NCBI GenBank assembly: GCA_963746315.1
Contig: CAVVAR010000002.1
Location: forward strand, 32,320 to 96,319
Reading direction: 5' to 3'
DNA length: 64,000 nt
From: an uncultured Alphaproteobacteria bacterium
GTDB lineage: Bacteria > Pseudomonadota > Alphaproteobacteria > Rhizobiales > Hyphomicrobiaceae
The position numbers and the translations under genes are program-made. Each line of letters begins with the position of its first letter. Position 1 is the stretch's first letter. Shown here one piece after another: positions 29,657 through 37,482 of the stretch. The notes beneath the pieces were generated by a model. The model made no database searches and was not told where the DNA came from. It was given only the letters and a program-made list of their open reading frames with translations.

Positions 29657-30665
29657 TAGCGATCGCTATATCGCCGACACCCTCGACAGCATCCTGGGTC
29701 AGACCTTCGTCGATTTCGAGATCGTCGTCGTCAACGACGCCTCTACCGACAGCGGCCCAGCGATCGCCGAGGACTATGCCAGCCGGGATCCCCGCGTGCG
29801 CATGATCACGCAGGAGAATCGCGGGCTCGCCGGAGCGCGCAACACGGGCATCCGCAATGCCCGGGGGCGCTACATCGCGCTGCTCGATGCCGATGATTTG
29901 TGGCTGCCGCGAAAGCTCGAGCTGCATTTCGCTCACCTCGAGGCCGCACCCGAGGTCGGGCTCAGCTATGCGCCATCCCTGTTCGTCGATGACGACGGCA
30001 ACCGCATGGGCCTTGGCCAGTTCCCACGCCTGACCGACATCGACGCCGCCCACGTGCTCTGCCGAAATCCCGTCGGCAACGGATCCGCCGCCGTCCTGCG
30101 ACGGTCTGCACTCGATGCCATCGAGTTCGAGATCATGGCCCCCGAAGGCCGTCGCAACTGCTGGTTCGACGAGACGTTCCGGCAATCGGAGGATATCGAG
30201 CTGTGGAGCCGCATCGCCGCCACGACAGACTGGAAGCTCGAAGGTATTCCCGAGCCATTGACGCTTTATCGCGTCAACAGCGGTGGGCTCTCGGCTGACA
30301 CATCGAAGCAGCTCGCCACCTGGCGCCGGTTCCGCACCAAACTATCCGGCCTGGCGCCTGATCTCGTTGCGCGCCATGGCAACCGCGCCGAGGCTTACCA
30401 GCATCGCTATCTTGCGCGGCGCTGTGCCATTGGCGGGCGCGGTTGGGCTTCGATCAACCATCTCGCCCAGGCGCTGAGTGTCTGGCCTCGGCTCGTCCTC
30501 GAGGCTCCCCGACCTTTCGTCGAGACCGCGACTCTGGCTCTCATGGCCGGCATTCTGCCACCCGGCATTTTTACCCGTGTGCAGTCGATGATTTTCAGCC
30601 GATTGCAGCGGAGCCGCAAGCATATCCAGCACGCCGCCAGCCAACCACAGCGGCTCGCGGCCTGA
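29604..30665 (+). CDS. Family 2 glycosyltransferase
   Basis: FSVVVPLYNSDRYIADTLDSILGQTFVDFEIVVVNDASTDSG...LLDADD. It overlaps the upstream GT2 gene by 53 nt. Confidence 0.85.
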   Translation: MREIPHAPAFSVVVPLYNSDRYIADTLDSILGQTFVDFEIVVVNDASTDSGPAIAEDYASRDPRVRMITQENRGLAGARNTGIRNARGRYIALLDADDLWLPRKLELHFAHLEAAPEVGLSYAPSLFVDDDGNRMGLGQFPRLTDIDAAHVLCRNPVGNGSAAVLRRSALDAIEFEIMAPEGRRNCWFDETFRQSEDIELWSRIAATTDWKLEGIPEPLTLYRVNSGGLSADTSKQLATWRRFRTKLSGLAPDLVARHGNRAEAYQHRYLARRCAIGGRGWASINHLAQALSVWPRLVLEAPRPFVETATLALMAGILPPGIFTRVQSMIFSRLQRSRKHIQHAASQPQRLAA

Positions 30666-30821
30666 GTGGTGGGCACCCACCCTGCTATGGAGCCGCCGAA
30701 ATTCGTTCTCCCGACTCCCTTGCGATGGGTCAGCTCAAGGTTGGCGGGTATGTCTGCGGCCCGGTCGAGATGACCGAGCCGCTTAGGTCGTGAGGCATCT
30801 CGTGAGGCCGGGCGTGCTCAG

Positions 30822-31961
30822 CTAGGCCGCGCGGGACGGCAACTCGACGGTGCCGGTGCCGAGGACGGAGAGCTCGTCGTCCTGGTTGACCGCCTGCTGC
30901 TCGATGTCGACGAGGTGGCGGCCGTTCTCGACGCGCTTGCCTGTCACCTTGCCGTCGATGAAGAGGAGATCGCCTTCCGGGTTGTGGCGGCGGATCTTGC
31001 AGGTGGCGCGGCGCAGGAAGCCGGCGTCGCCCATCCAGTTGGTCATGTGGTGGGTGAGCCAGGAGCAGCGCTCGGGGCCGTAGTCGTAGGCGCCGGGTGC
31101 GCCGACCATGTGCGCGAACTCGGGCTCCCAATGCACGCGCTCGGGGCAATCCGGGATGCCGAAGCGGTTCGGGATGCCGAGGCCCTTGTGGCGGTGGATC
31201 ATCTTCCAGGCAATCTTGTTGGCGCGGATGTAGAGGCCGCCCCAGCCTTGCGCGAAAGCGATGAAACCGGTCACGGTCATCGGCCCCTTGGCCATGCGGG
31301 GCAGGGCCTCGCCGACGGCGACATCCTCGAAATAGCGCGGTGTGGCGCCGCGGATCTCTTCCTTGGCGTAGAGGCTATAGACCTTCTCCAGCTCGTCAGG
31401 CGTATAGACGCGCGGCGGCTTAGCCTTGAGCTCCTTGTATTTGGTGCCTTCCTCGCGGGCGTGATCGCGATCGGTGCGGAAGCACCAGCTGTCGGCCTCG
31501 GCGACGAGCTCGTTCCGCTGATTGTAGAATTTGACATGATAGATTTGTTGTACGGCGCGGCCGGCGAAGCGCGTCTGGTGCTCGACCAGCTCCTTAAGGT
31601 GGGCCTCGGTGCGCAGCTCGTCGTTGCGCAGCAATGGCAAATGCCAAGTCCAATCGGCACCGGCCCACATGGCGTGGACGCCGGGGAGGCCGCCGACGTA
31701 GCCCGAGATGATGCGGTCGCAGGCGAAGAGGAACGAGGGCGGGGCGACGATGGTGCCGAAGCGGGTTTTGGCGGCGTAGTCGGGATCGCACCAGAGCGGG
31801 TTGTCGTCGCCGATTCCATGGGCGTAGTGGCGGATATTGTCGCGCGTCGCCTCGTGGCACCAGGGCTCGAGCGTGTCGGTGATCGGCACGCCGATGCGGC
31901 GCCGGAGCTCGCCGAGGGTCTCGTCGGTGATCTTGGGGAAAAGCCGTCCGGCTTCGGTCAT
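30822..31961 (-). CDS. Double hot-dog MaoC-like acyl dehydratase / enoyl-CoA hydratase
   Basis: The C-terminal 380 aa of ORF 30822..32252 start at MTEAGRLFPKITDETL. The N-terminal MaoC_dehydrat_N-like part is HYAHGIGDDNPLWCDPDYA...VAPPSF. A C-terminal hot-dog part follows. Confidence 0.7.
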   Translation of the reverse strand: MTEAGRLFPKITDETLGELRRRIGVPITDTLEPWCHEATRDNIRHYAHGIGDDNPLWCDPDYAAKTRFGTIVAPPSFLFACDRIISGYVGGLPGVHAMWAGADWTWHLPLLRNDELRTEAHLKELVEHQTRFAGRAVQQIYHVKFYNQRNELVAEADSWCFRTDRDHAREEGTKYKELKAKPPRVYTPDELEKVYSLYAKEEIRGATPRYFEDVAVGEALPRMAKGPMTVTGFIAFAQGWGGLYIRANKIAWKMIHRHKGLGIPNRFGIPDCPERVHWEPEFAHMVGAPGAYDYGPERCSWLTHHMTNWMGDAGFLRRATCKIRRHNPEGDLLFIDGKVTGKRVENGRHLVDIEQQAVNQDDELSVLGTGTVELPSRAA

Positions 31962-31971
31962 GTGGATGTCC

Positions 31972-33603
31972 TCATGGCTGCTGGTTGGCGCTCGGCGCGG
32001 TCTCGCGCTCGCGCAGGATCTTGCGGTTGACCTTGCCGGCCGGCGTCTTCGGCAGCTCGGCGACGAAAGCGATCTGGCGGGGGTACTCGTGGGCGCTGAG
32101 GCGACTGCGCACGTTCTCCTGGATCTCGCGGACGAAGGCGTCGTCGCCCAGGCGCGGGGAAACCACGAAGGCCTTGACGATTTGTCCACGGGTCGGGTCC
32201 GGGACGCCGATGGCGGCGGCCTCGCGCACGTCGGGGTGCTTGAGCATGGCATCCTCGATCTCGACGGCGCTCATGGTCCAACCGGCCGAGATGATGACGT
32301 CGTCGGCGCGGCCGCCGTGATAGAAATACCCGTCCTCGTCGGTCCATCCGAGATCCTTGCTGGGGATCCATTTATCGCGACGCCAGATCTTGATCTCGCC
32401 GATGGCTTTCGGCGGCAGTGGCTGGCCGTCCGGCCCTTGCACCTCGACGCGACCGCCGGGCAGAGGCTTGCCAAGCGCACCCGCGCGCACAGGGAGATCC
32501 GCAGCGCCCGGATAGCTGGCAAGGACGACACCGACCTCGGTGGTGCCGTAGAAGCTGGCGGGCAGGCTGCCGAATGTCCGCTCGGCGAAAGCGGCGGTCT
32601 CGCTGTCCATCGGCTCGCCGGTGAAGGTGAGCTTCTTCAGGTTAAAGGTGTAGCGCGCGGCGGTGCCGGCGTTGCGCATCATGCGGTAGTGGGTGGCGGC
32701 GGCCGAGAGATTGGTGACGCGGAAGTCCTGGAGGGCGCGCATCAGGCGATCGGCGTCGAAGCGGCCGGAATAGGCGCCGATGGTGAGGCCGAGGGCGAGC
32801 GGGGCCAGCGTGCCGTGCCAGAGGCCATGGCCCCAGGCGGGCGACGAGGGACAGAAGAACTCCTCGCCGGGCCTGACGCCGGTGCCGTAGAGCGCCGCGA
32901 TCATGACGACGACGATGGCGCGGTGGGTGTGTCGGACGGCCTCGGGCAATTCACGGGTGGTGCCGGAGGTATATTGGAAGCAGGCGAGGTCGTCGGATAT
33001 CGAGTCCCAGGCGAACTCCGCCGGAAAGCGCTCCAGGTCAGCGAGGAATGCATCGTCGGCGATGACGACGTCGAGGCCCGTCATGCCCTCGGCGATGGGG
33101 GCCTTCTCGGGGTTGGTCAGCAGCACCTTCGGCGTGCAGTCGTCGATGCGGAGGCGCAGGCCGTCGGGTCCGAACAGCGTGAAGAGCGGGACGGCGATGG
33201 CGCCCGCCTTGATCGCGCCGAACAGCCCCGCGTAGAAGGCGAGGGACGGCTCCAGCATGATGGCGACGCGGTCGCCCGGCTGAACGCCACGAGATCTCAA
33301 GAAATGGGCGACGCGCGAAGAGAGCACCTTCAGGCGCTCGAACGTGATGTGCTCGTCGTGGCCGTCGGCGAAGGCGATGCGGACGGCGACGCGATCCGGC
33401 GACATGGCGTGGCGGTCGATGCACTCGTGGGCCAGATTCAATCGCTCGCGCGAACCGTCGAACAGCTCCCATAGCTTCGGGATCGAGAAATGACGCTGGG
33501 CGTCCGCGTAGGTCGAATACTCGGTCAGCTTCACCGGCCCGGTCCGTGATTGCGCGTCTCGGCTCGCCGATCCGACATCGACAGCCTTGTTGTCCAGGTA
33601 CAA
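31972..33603 (-). CDS. AMP-dependent acyl-CoA synthetase/ligase
   Basis: The AMP-binding motif is FQYTSGTTRELPEAV. Also present are YGTTE, WIPSKDLGWTDEDGYFYHGGRADDVI and PKTPAGKVNRKILR. The start is probably internal (for example GTG at 33534), because the longest ORF abuts the divergent IclR ORF. Confidence 0.85.
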   Translation of the reverse strand: MYLDNKAVDVGSASRDAQSRTGPVKLTEYSTYADAQRHFSIPKLWELFDGSRERLNLAHECIDRHAMSPDRVAVRIAFADGHDEHITFERLKVLSSRVAHFLRSRGVQPGDRVAIMLEPSLAFYAGLFGAIKAGAIAVPLFTLFGPDGLRLRIDDCTPKVLLTNPEKAPIAEGMTGLDVVIADDAFLADLERFPAEFAWDSISDDLACFQYTSGTTRELPEAVRHTHRAIVVVMIAALYGTGVRPGEEFFCPSSPAWGHGLWHGTLAPLALGLTIGAYSGRFDADRLMRALQDFRVTNLSAAATHYRMMRNAGTAARYTFNLKKLTFTGEPMDSETAAFAERTFGSLPASFYGTTEVGVVLASYPGAADLPVRAGALGKPLPGGRVEVQGPDGQPLPPKAIGEIKIWRRDKWIPSKDLGWTDEDGYFYHGGRADDVIISAGWTMSAVEIEDAMLKHPDVREAAAIGVPDPTRGQIVKAFVVSPRLGDDAFVREIQENVRSRLSAHEYPRQIAFVAELPKTPAGKVNRKILRERETAPSANQQP

Positions 33604-33609
33604 TAATTA

Positions 33610-34515
33610 TTGTATCCGTGCAACATGGCGAAGCGAGCGACAGTTCTCGATCGAGGCGACAGCGTGGACGGGCATGCTAGCGCCCCGGTCATGGCGGATG
33701 CCTCGGCGCGCGCCGTGCCGGCAGTGACGCGTGGCATCGCGATCCTGCGGTTGCTGGCCCGCAGCAGCGAGCCCCTGGGTGTGAACGCGATAGCGCGCGA
33801 GCTCGAGATCGTACCGAGCACGTGCCTCCATATCCTGCGTGCGCTGGTGGCCGAGGAGATGGTCGCGGTCGACCCGGCGACCAAGCGGTATGTGCTGGAC
33901 GCGGGCGTGCTGACGCTGGCGAGAAGCGCGTTGCGCCAGGACAGTTTCGCGCAGATCGCACAGCCGGAGCTGGACAGCTTGTCGGCGTTGCTTGGCGTGA
34001 CGGCGATTGGAGTCCGGGTGATCGGGCTGCAGCATATGATCGTGGTCGCAATCTCCCGGTCAGAGGTTGCATTCCGGCTGCATGTCGACGTGGGCAGCCG
34101 GTTCCCCGCCTTGATCAGCGCGACGGGACGCTGCCTGGCAGCTTTCGGCCAGCATTCCGCAGGCGATATCGAGCGCGCGTTCCGGGCTCTAAGGTGGGAT
34201 GCTGCGCCGAGCTACGAGGACTGGCGGGCCGAGGTCGCCTCGACCCGGCGCGCGGGGTTCGGCGTCGACAAGGGCAACTACATCCGCGGCGTGACGATCG
34301 TTGCGGCGCCGGTCATCGGCATCGAGGGCTGGATGACGCACGCGCTGGTGACGGTGGGTCTCAGCGATCAGATGCGCCGACCTGGGCCAAGCGAGGTTGG
34401 TGCCGGGTTGCGTGCGGCGGCAGCGCGGGTTTCCGCGCAGCTCGGCGGCTTCGACGGGCTGACAGGTGCGGCTGTTGCGCCAGCGGGTCCGAATGGCAAC
34501 AATGAGCGCAAGTAG
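33610..34515 (+). CDS. IclR family transcriptional regulator
   Basis: The HTH is VTRGIAILRLLARSSEPLGVNAIARELEIVPSTCLHILRALVAEEMV. A C-terminal effector domain follows. The start is uncertain (33610, 33625 or 33691). Confidence 0.8.
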   Translation: MYPCNMAKRATVLDRGDSVDGHASAPVMADASARAVPAVTRGIAILRLLARSSEPLGVNAIARELEIVPSTCLHILRALVAEEMVAVDPATKRYVLDAGVLTLARSALRQDSFAQIAQPELDSLSALLGVTAIGVRVIGLQHMIVVAISRSEVAFRLHVDVGSRFPALISATGRCLAAFGQHSAGDIERAFRALRWDAAPSYEDWRAEVASTRRAGFGVDKGNYIRGVTIVAAPVIGIEGWMTHALVTVGLSDQMRRPGPSEVGAGLRAAAARVSAQLGGFDGLTGAAVAPAGPNGNNERK

Positions 34516-34537
34516 CATTCACACAGGGAGCAGCCGC

Positions 34538-35695
34538 ATGCCGGGAGCACTCGAGGGTCTCGTCGTTCTCGATCTGACGAGCCTGTTGTCTGGGCCCTAC
34601 GCGGCGATGATGCTCGCCGATCACGGTGCCGACGTCATCAAGGTCGAGCGTAAGGGCAAGGGCGACGATGCGCGCCGGATGCCGCCGTTCGTCGAGGGCG
34701 AGAGCGCGCCATTCATGATCTGGAACCGCAACAAGCGGTCGGTGGAGCTGGATTTCAAGGACGAGGGGGACCGCGCGCGGCTGCTCGACATGGCCGACGG
34801 CGCGGACATCGTCATCGAGAACTTCCGGCCCGGAACGATGGACCGGCTGGGACTCGGCTACGAGGTGTTGAAGGCGCGCAATCCGCGGCTGATCTATGCG
34901 GCGATCTCCGGCTTCGGGCAGACGGGGCCCTATGCGAGCCGGGGCGGCTTCGATCTGATGACGCAGGGCATGTCGGGCTTGATGAGCACATGCGGGCCGG
35001 AGGAAGGGCCCCCGCACCGGCTGCCGATCGCAATCTCGGACGTGGCCGCGGGCATGTTTCTCGCGTTCGGCATTCTGGCCGCCGTCGAGGCGCGGCATCG
35101 GACTGGGCGCGGGCAGATCGTCGAGACCTCGCTGTTGGAGGCGGCAACCTCGTTCGGCGTCTATGAGGCGGCGCACTATTCGGCGCTCGGCACACGGCCG
35201 GAGCGGATCGGGCAGGCGCATCGGGGCAGCGCGCCGTATCAGTGCATCGCGGCGTCGGACGGCTACATGACGATCGGTGCGGCGCAGCAGAATTTCTGGG
35301 AGCGGTTCGCGGACATCATCGGGCGGCCAGAGCTCAAGGACGATCCGCGCTTCCGCACAAACGCCGACCGCGTCGCCAACAACACCGCGCTGATCGAGAT
35401 GATCGAGGCCGTGATGCGCACGAAGCCCAAGGCGCACTGGCTTGCAGCGATGGAGGCGGCAGGAATTCCGTGCGGCCCGGTGCTCAACTACGACGAGGTT
35501 TTCACCGATCCGCACATTCTGGCGCGCGACATGTACGTGCCGACCGAGCATGCCCGCGCTGGCACGTTCAATACGCTGGGCGTGACGGTGAAGCTCTCGG
35601 AGACGCCGGGTGCCGTCAGGTCGGCGGCGCCGACGCTCGGCCAGCACAACGACGAGATCCTGCCCGGCGGATTTACTGCCGCGCGCAAAGCCTGA
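34538..35695 (+). CDS. CaiB/BaiF family (class III) CoA-transferase
   Basis: LEGLVVLDLTSLLSGPYAAMMLADHGADVIKVE...RNKRSVELDFK...ADIVIENFRPGTMDRLGLGYE. AGGGAG lies 7 nt before the ATG at 34538. Confidence 0.9.
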   Translation: MPGALEGLVVLDLTSLLSGPYAAMMLADHGADVIKVERKGKGDDARRMPPFVEGESAPFMIWNRNKRSVELDFKDEGDRARLLDMADGADIVIENFRPGTMDRLGLGYEVLKARNPRLIYAAISGFGQTGPYASRGGFDLMTQGMSGLMSTCGPEEGPPHRLPIAISDVAAGMFLAFGILAAVEARHRTGRGQIVETSLLEAATSFGVYEAAHYSALGTRPERIGQAHRGSAPYQCIAASDGYMTIGAAQQNFWERFADIIGRPELKDDPRFRTNADRVANNTALIEMIEAVMRTKPKAHWLAAMEAAGIPCGPVLNYDEVFTDPHILARDMYVPTEHARAGTFNTLGVTVKLSETPGAVRSAAPTLGQHNDEILPGGFTAARKA

Positions 35696-35746
35696 CGGGC
35701 GCCTTCTGCCCGAGATTCGATCCAGACCAACCGACGGAGCAACGAG

Positions 35747-36055
35747 ATGTCCGCAACCTATGCCGTGGTATGGCCGCGCAGCGCGCGGTCGGTCGAGGTC
35801 AAGGCGCTCGCGCCGCGGCTTGCCTCGCTCGAGGGGAAGACGGTCGCGTTCCTCTGGGACTACCTGTTCCGGGGCGACGAGATCTGGCCGACGCTCTCGG
35901 AGGAGCTCGGGCGGCGTTATCCGGGCATGCGGTTCATCGGATGGGAGGAGTTCGGCTCGACCCACGGTGACGAGGAGCACAAGGTGCTGGCGGAGTTGCC
36001 GGCTAAGCTCAAGTCCTTGAAGGTGGACGCTGTCGTCTCCGGCATGGGCTGTTGA
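35747..36055 (+). CDS. N-terminal part of a candidate selenoprotein; the TGA at 36053 lies inside a C-U-G-S-C motif (UGSC / GrdB-like)
   Basis: The ORF ends ...LKVDAVVSGMGC-TGA. The same frame continues GSCTPAVLRVSAIAEAAGVP with protein-like composition. The rest of the domain continues in ORF 36093.. after a frame change near 36113. Confidence 0.6.
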   Translation: MSATYAVVWPRSARSVEVKALAPRLASLEGKTVAFLWDYLFRGDEIWPTLSEELGRRYPGMRFIGWEEFGSTHGDEEHKVLAELPAKLKSLKVDAVVSGMGC

Positions 36056-36091
36056 GGCTCATGCACCCCCGCCGTGTTGCGGGTCAGCGCA
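36053..36091 (+). promoter_or_regulatory. Candidate bacterial SECIS hairpin following the in-frame UGA
   Basis: The upper stem CCCGC (36068-36072) / GCGGG (36079-36083) carries the loop CGUGUU and starts 12 nt after the UGA. A possible lower stem is UGC (36062-36064) / GCA (36089-36091). Confidence 0.4.
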
Positions 36092-36092
36092 A

Positions 36093-37478
36093 TTGCCGAA
36101 GCTGCCGGAGTTCCCGACCTCGTCGCTCTGCTGCGAGGGGTTCCTCGGACAAGCCAAAACGACATCGGTCGGGCTCGGATACCCGAACCTGCCACTCGCC
36201 ACCGTGCCCGGTCACGTCGACGTGCAGACGGAAGCCGATCTCAGGAAGAACGTGCTCGAGGTGACCGCCGATCTGGTCGTCGGAAACCTCACGGGCGAGG
36301 CCCCGGCAGTGGCCGTGACACGCGATCCCGATCCGAAGGAGATCGTGCTCGAAGGATCATTCGAGGACGTCAATCGTCTGTTCCTCGAGAACGGCTGGTC
36401 GGACGGGCTGCCGATCGTGCCGCCGACGAAGGAGAAGATCGCGGAGTTCCTGGCGTTCACCGATCGCGATCCCGACGCGGTGATCGGGACTTTGCTGCCG
36501 GATAATCGCAAGGCGACGGTGTGGAACGTGGCGGTCAATGGCGTGATGGCCGGGTGCCGGCCGGAGTACATGCCGATCCTCGTCGCGGCCGTCGAGGCGA
36601 TGGCCGATCCGGGCTATGGCGTCGAGCATTCGGGCAACACGCCGGGGGCCGACACGCTGCTCATTCTCAATGGTCCGCTGATCAAGCAGCTGGGCTTCAA
36701 CACCGAGCAGGGCGCGTTACGCGACGGGTTCCAGCCGAATACGTCGATCGGGCGGTTCTGGCGGCTCTATCAGCGCAACGTCGCCGGATTCATGCTGCAC
36801 CAGAACGACAAGGGCACGTTCGGCAACACGTGGCGGGTGGTGCTGGCCGAGAACGAGGACAGCCTTGCGAAAATGGGCTGGCCGAGCATCGCCGCCGACA
36901 TGGGGCATGCCGGCGCGAAGGACGGCGCCATCACCATCTCGCGCTTTACCGGGAGCAATGCGGTCGTCTCGGTGTTCGGCAATTCAGCCGAGAAGCTGGT
37001 GCCGTATCTGGGACAGGCCATCGTTACGCACACGACGTGGGAGGTGATCTTCACGGTGGGGCTTGCGACGGGGACGTACCGGCCGCTGCTGCTGCTCTCG
37101 CCGCTGATCGCCGAGGCAATCGCGCGGTCGGGCTGGAGCAAGGCCGATCTCCAACGGGCTCTGTTCGAGCAGGCGCGCATGCCGGCGCACCAGTTCGAGA
37201 AGTACCTCTGGGGCTGGACCAACCTCGTTCCAGGCAAGCGGACGCTCAACGACTGGGTGCGGCTCGGCAAGGCACCGAAGGTGTTTGCAGGAAAGGATCC
37301 CGATCGGATGGTTCCAGTGGTCACGGAGCCCGAGCACATCATGATCGCAGTGGCGGGCGATCCGATGCGCTCGAACTGCCACCTGCTGGTGCACAACGGC
37401 ATGCTCGGTTTCCCGACCACGAAACCGATCATATTGCCGGAGGGCTGGCGGCAGAAGCTCCGGAAGGCGCAGGCCTAG
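36093..37478 (+). CDS. Uncharacterised protein: first ~65 codons continue the UGSC/GrdB-like domain, the remainder is paralog 1 of an unnamed family
   Basis: The N-terminus SSLCCEGFLGQAKTTSVGLGYPNLPLATVPGHVDVQ continues the selenoprotein module. From about 36290 the family signature is GWSDGLPIVPPTKEKIAEFLAFTDRDP...NGVMAGCRPEYMPILVAAVEAMADP...LNGPL. No stop codon separates the two parts. Confidence 0.6.
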   Translation: MPKLPEFPTSSLCCEGFLGQAKTTSVGLGYPNLPLATVPGHVDVQTEADLRKNVLEVTADLVVGNLTGEAPAVAVTRDPDPKEIVLEGSFEDVNRLFLENGWSDGLPIVPPTKEKIAEFLAFTDRDPDAVIGTLLPDNRKATVWNVAVNGVMAGCRPEYMPILVAAVEAMADPGYGVEHSGNTPGADTLLILNGPLIKQLGFNTEQGALRDGFQPNTSIGRFWRLYQRNVAGFMLHQNDKGTFGNTWRVVLAENEDSLAKMGWPSIAADMGHAGAKDGAITISRFTGSNAVVSVFGNSAEKLVPYLGQAIVTHTTWEVIFTVGLATGTYRPLLLLSPLIAEAIARSGWSKADLQRALFEQARMPAHQFEKYLWGWTNLVPGKRTLNDWVRLGKAPKVFAGKDPDRMVPVVTEPEHIMIAVAGDPMRSNCHLLVHNGMLGFPTTKPIILPEGWRQKLRKAQA

Positions 37479-37482
37479 GCGC

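Noticed and set aside
30443-30793. The tail of ORF 30443..30793 (...MGQLKVGGYVCGPVEMTEPLRS), considered as a possible C-terminal remnant of the truncated isochorismatase gene.
   Set aside because: It bears no resemblance to the isochorismatase C-terminus as I recall it. Most of the ORF overlaps the GT2 gene out of frame.
31837-35980. Long ORFs 31837..33474 (+, 545 aa) and 34361..35980 (-, 539 aa).
   Set aside because: They are antisense to the acyl-CoA synthetase and the CoA-transferase respectively. Both are low-complexity Arg/Gly/Ala/Asp-rich and carry no recognisable motifs.
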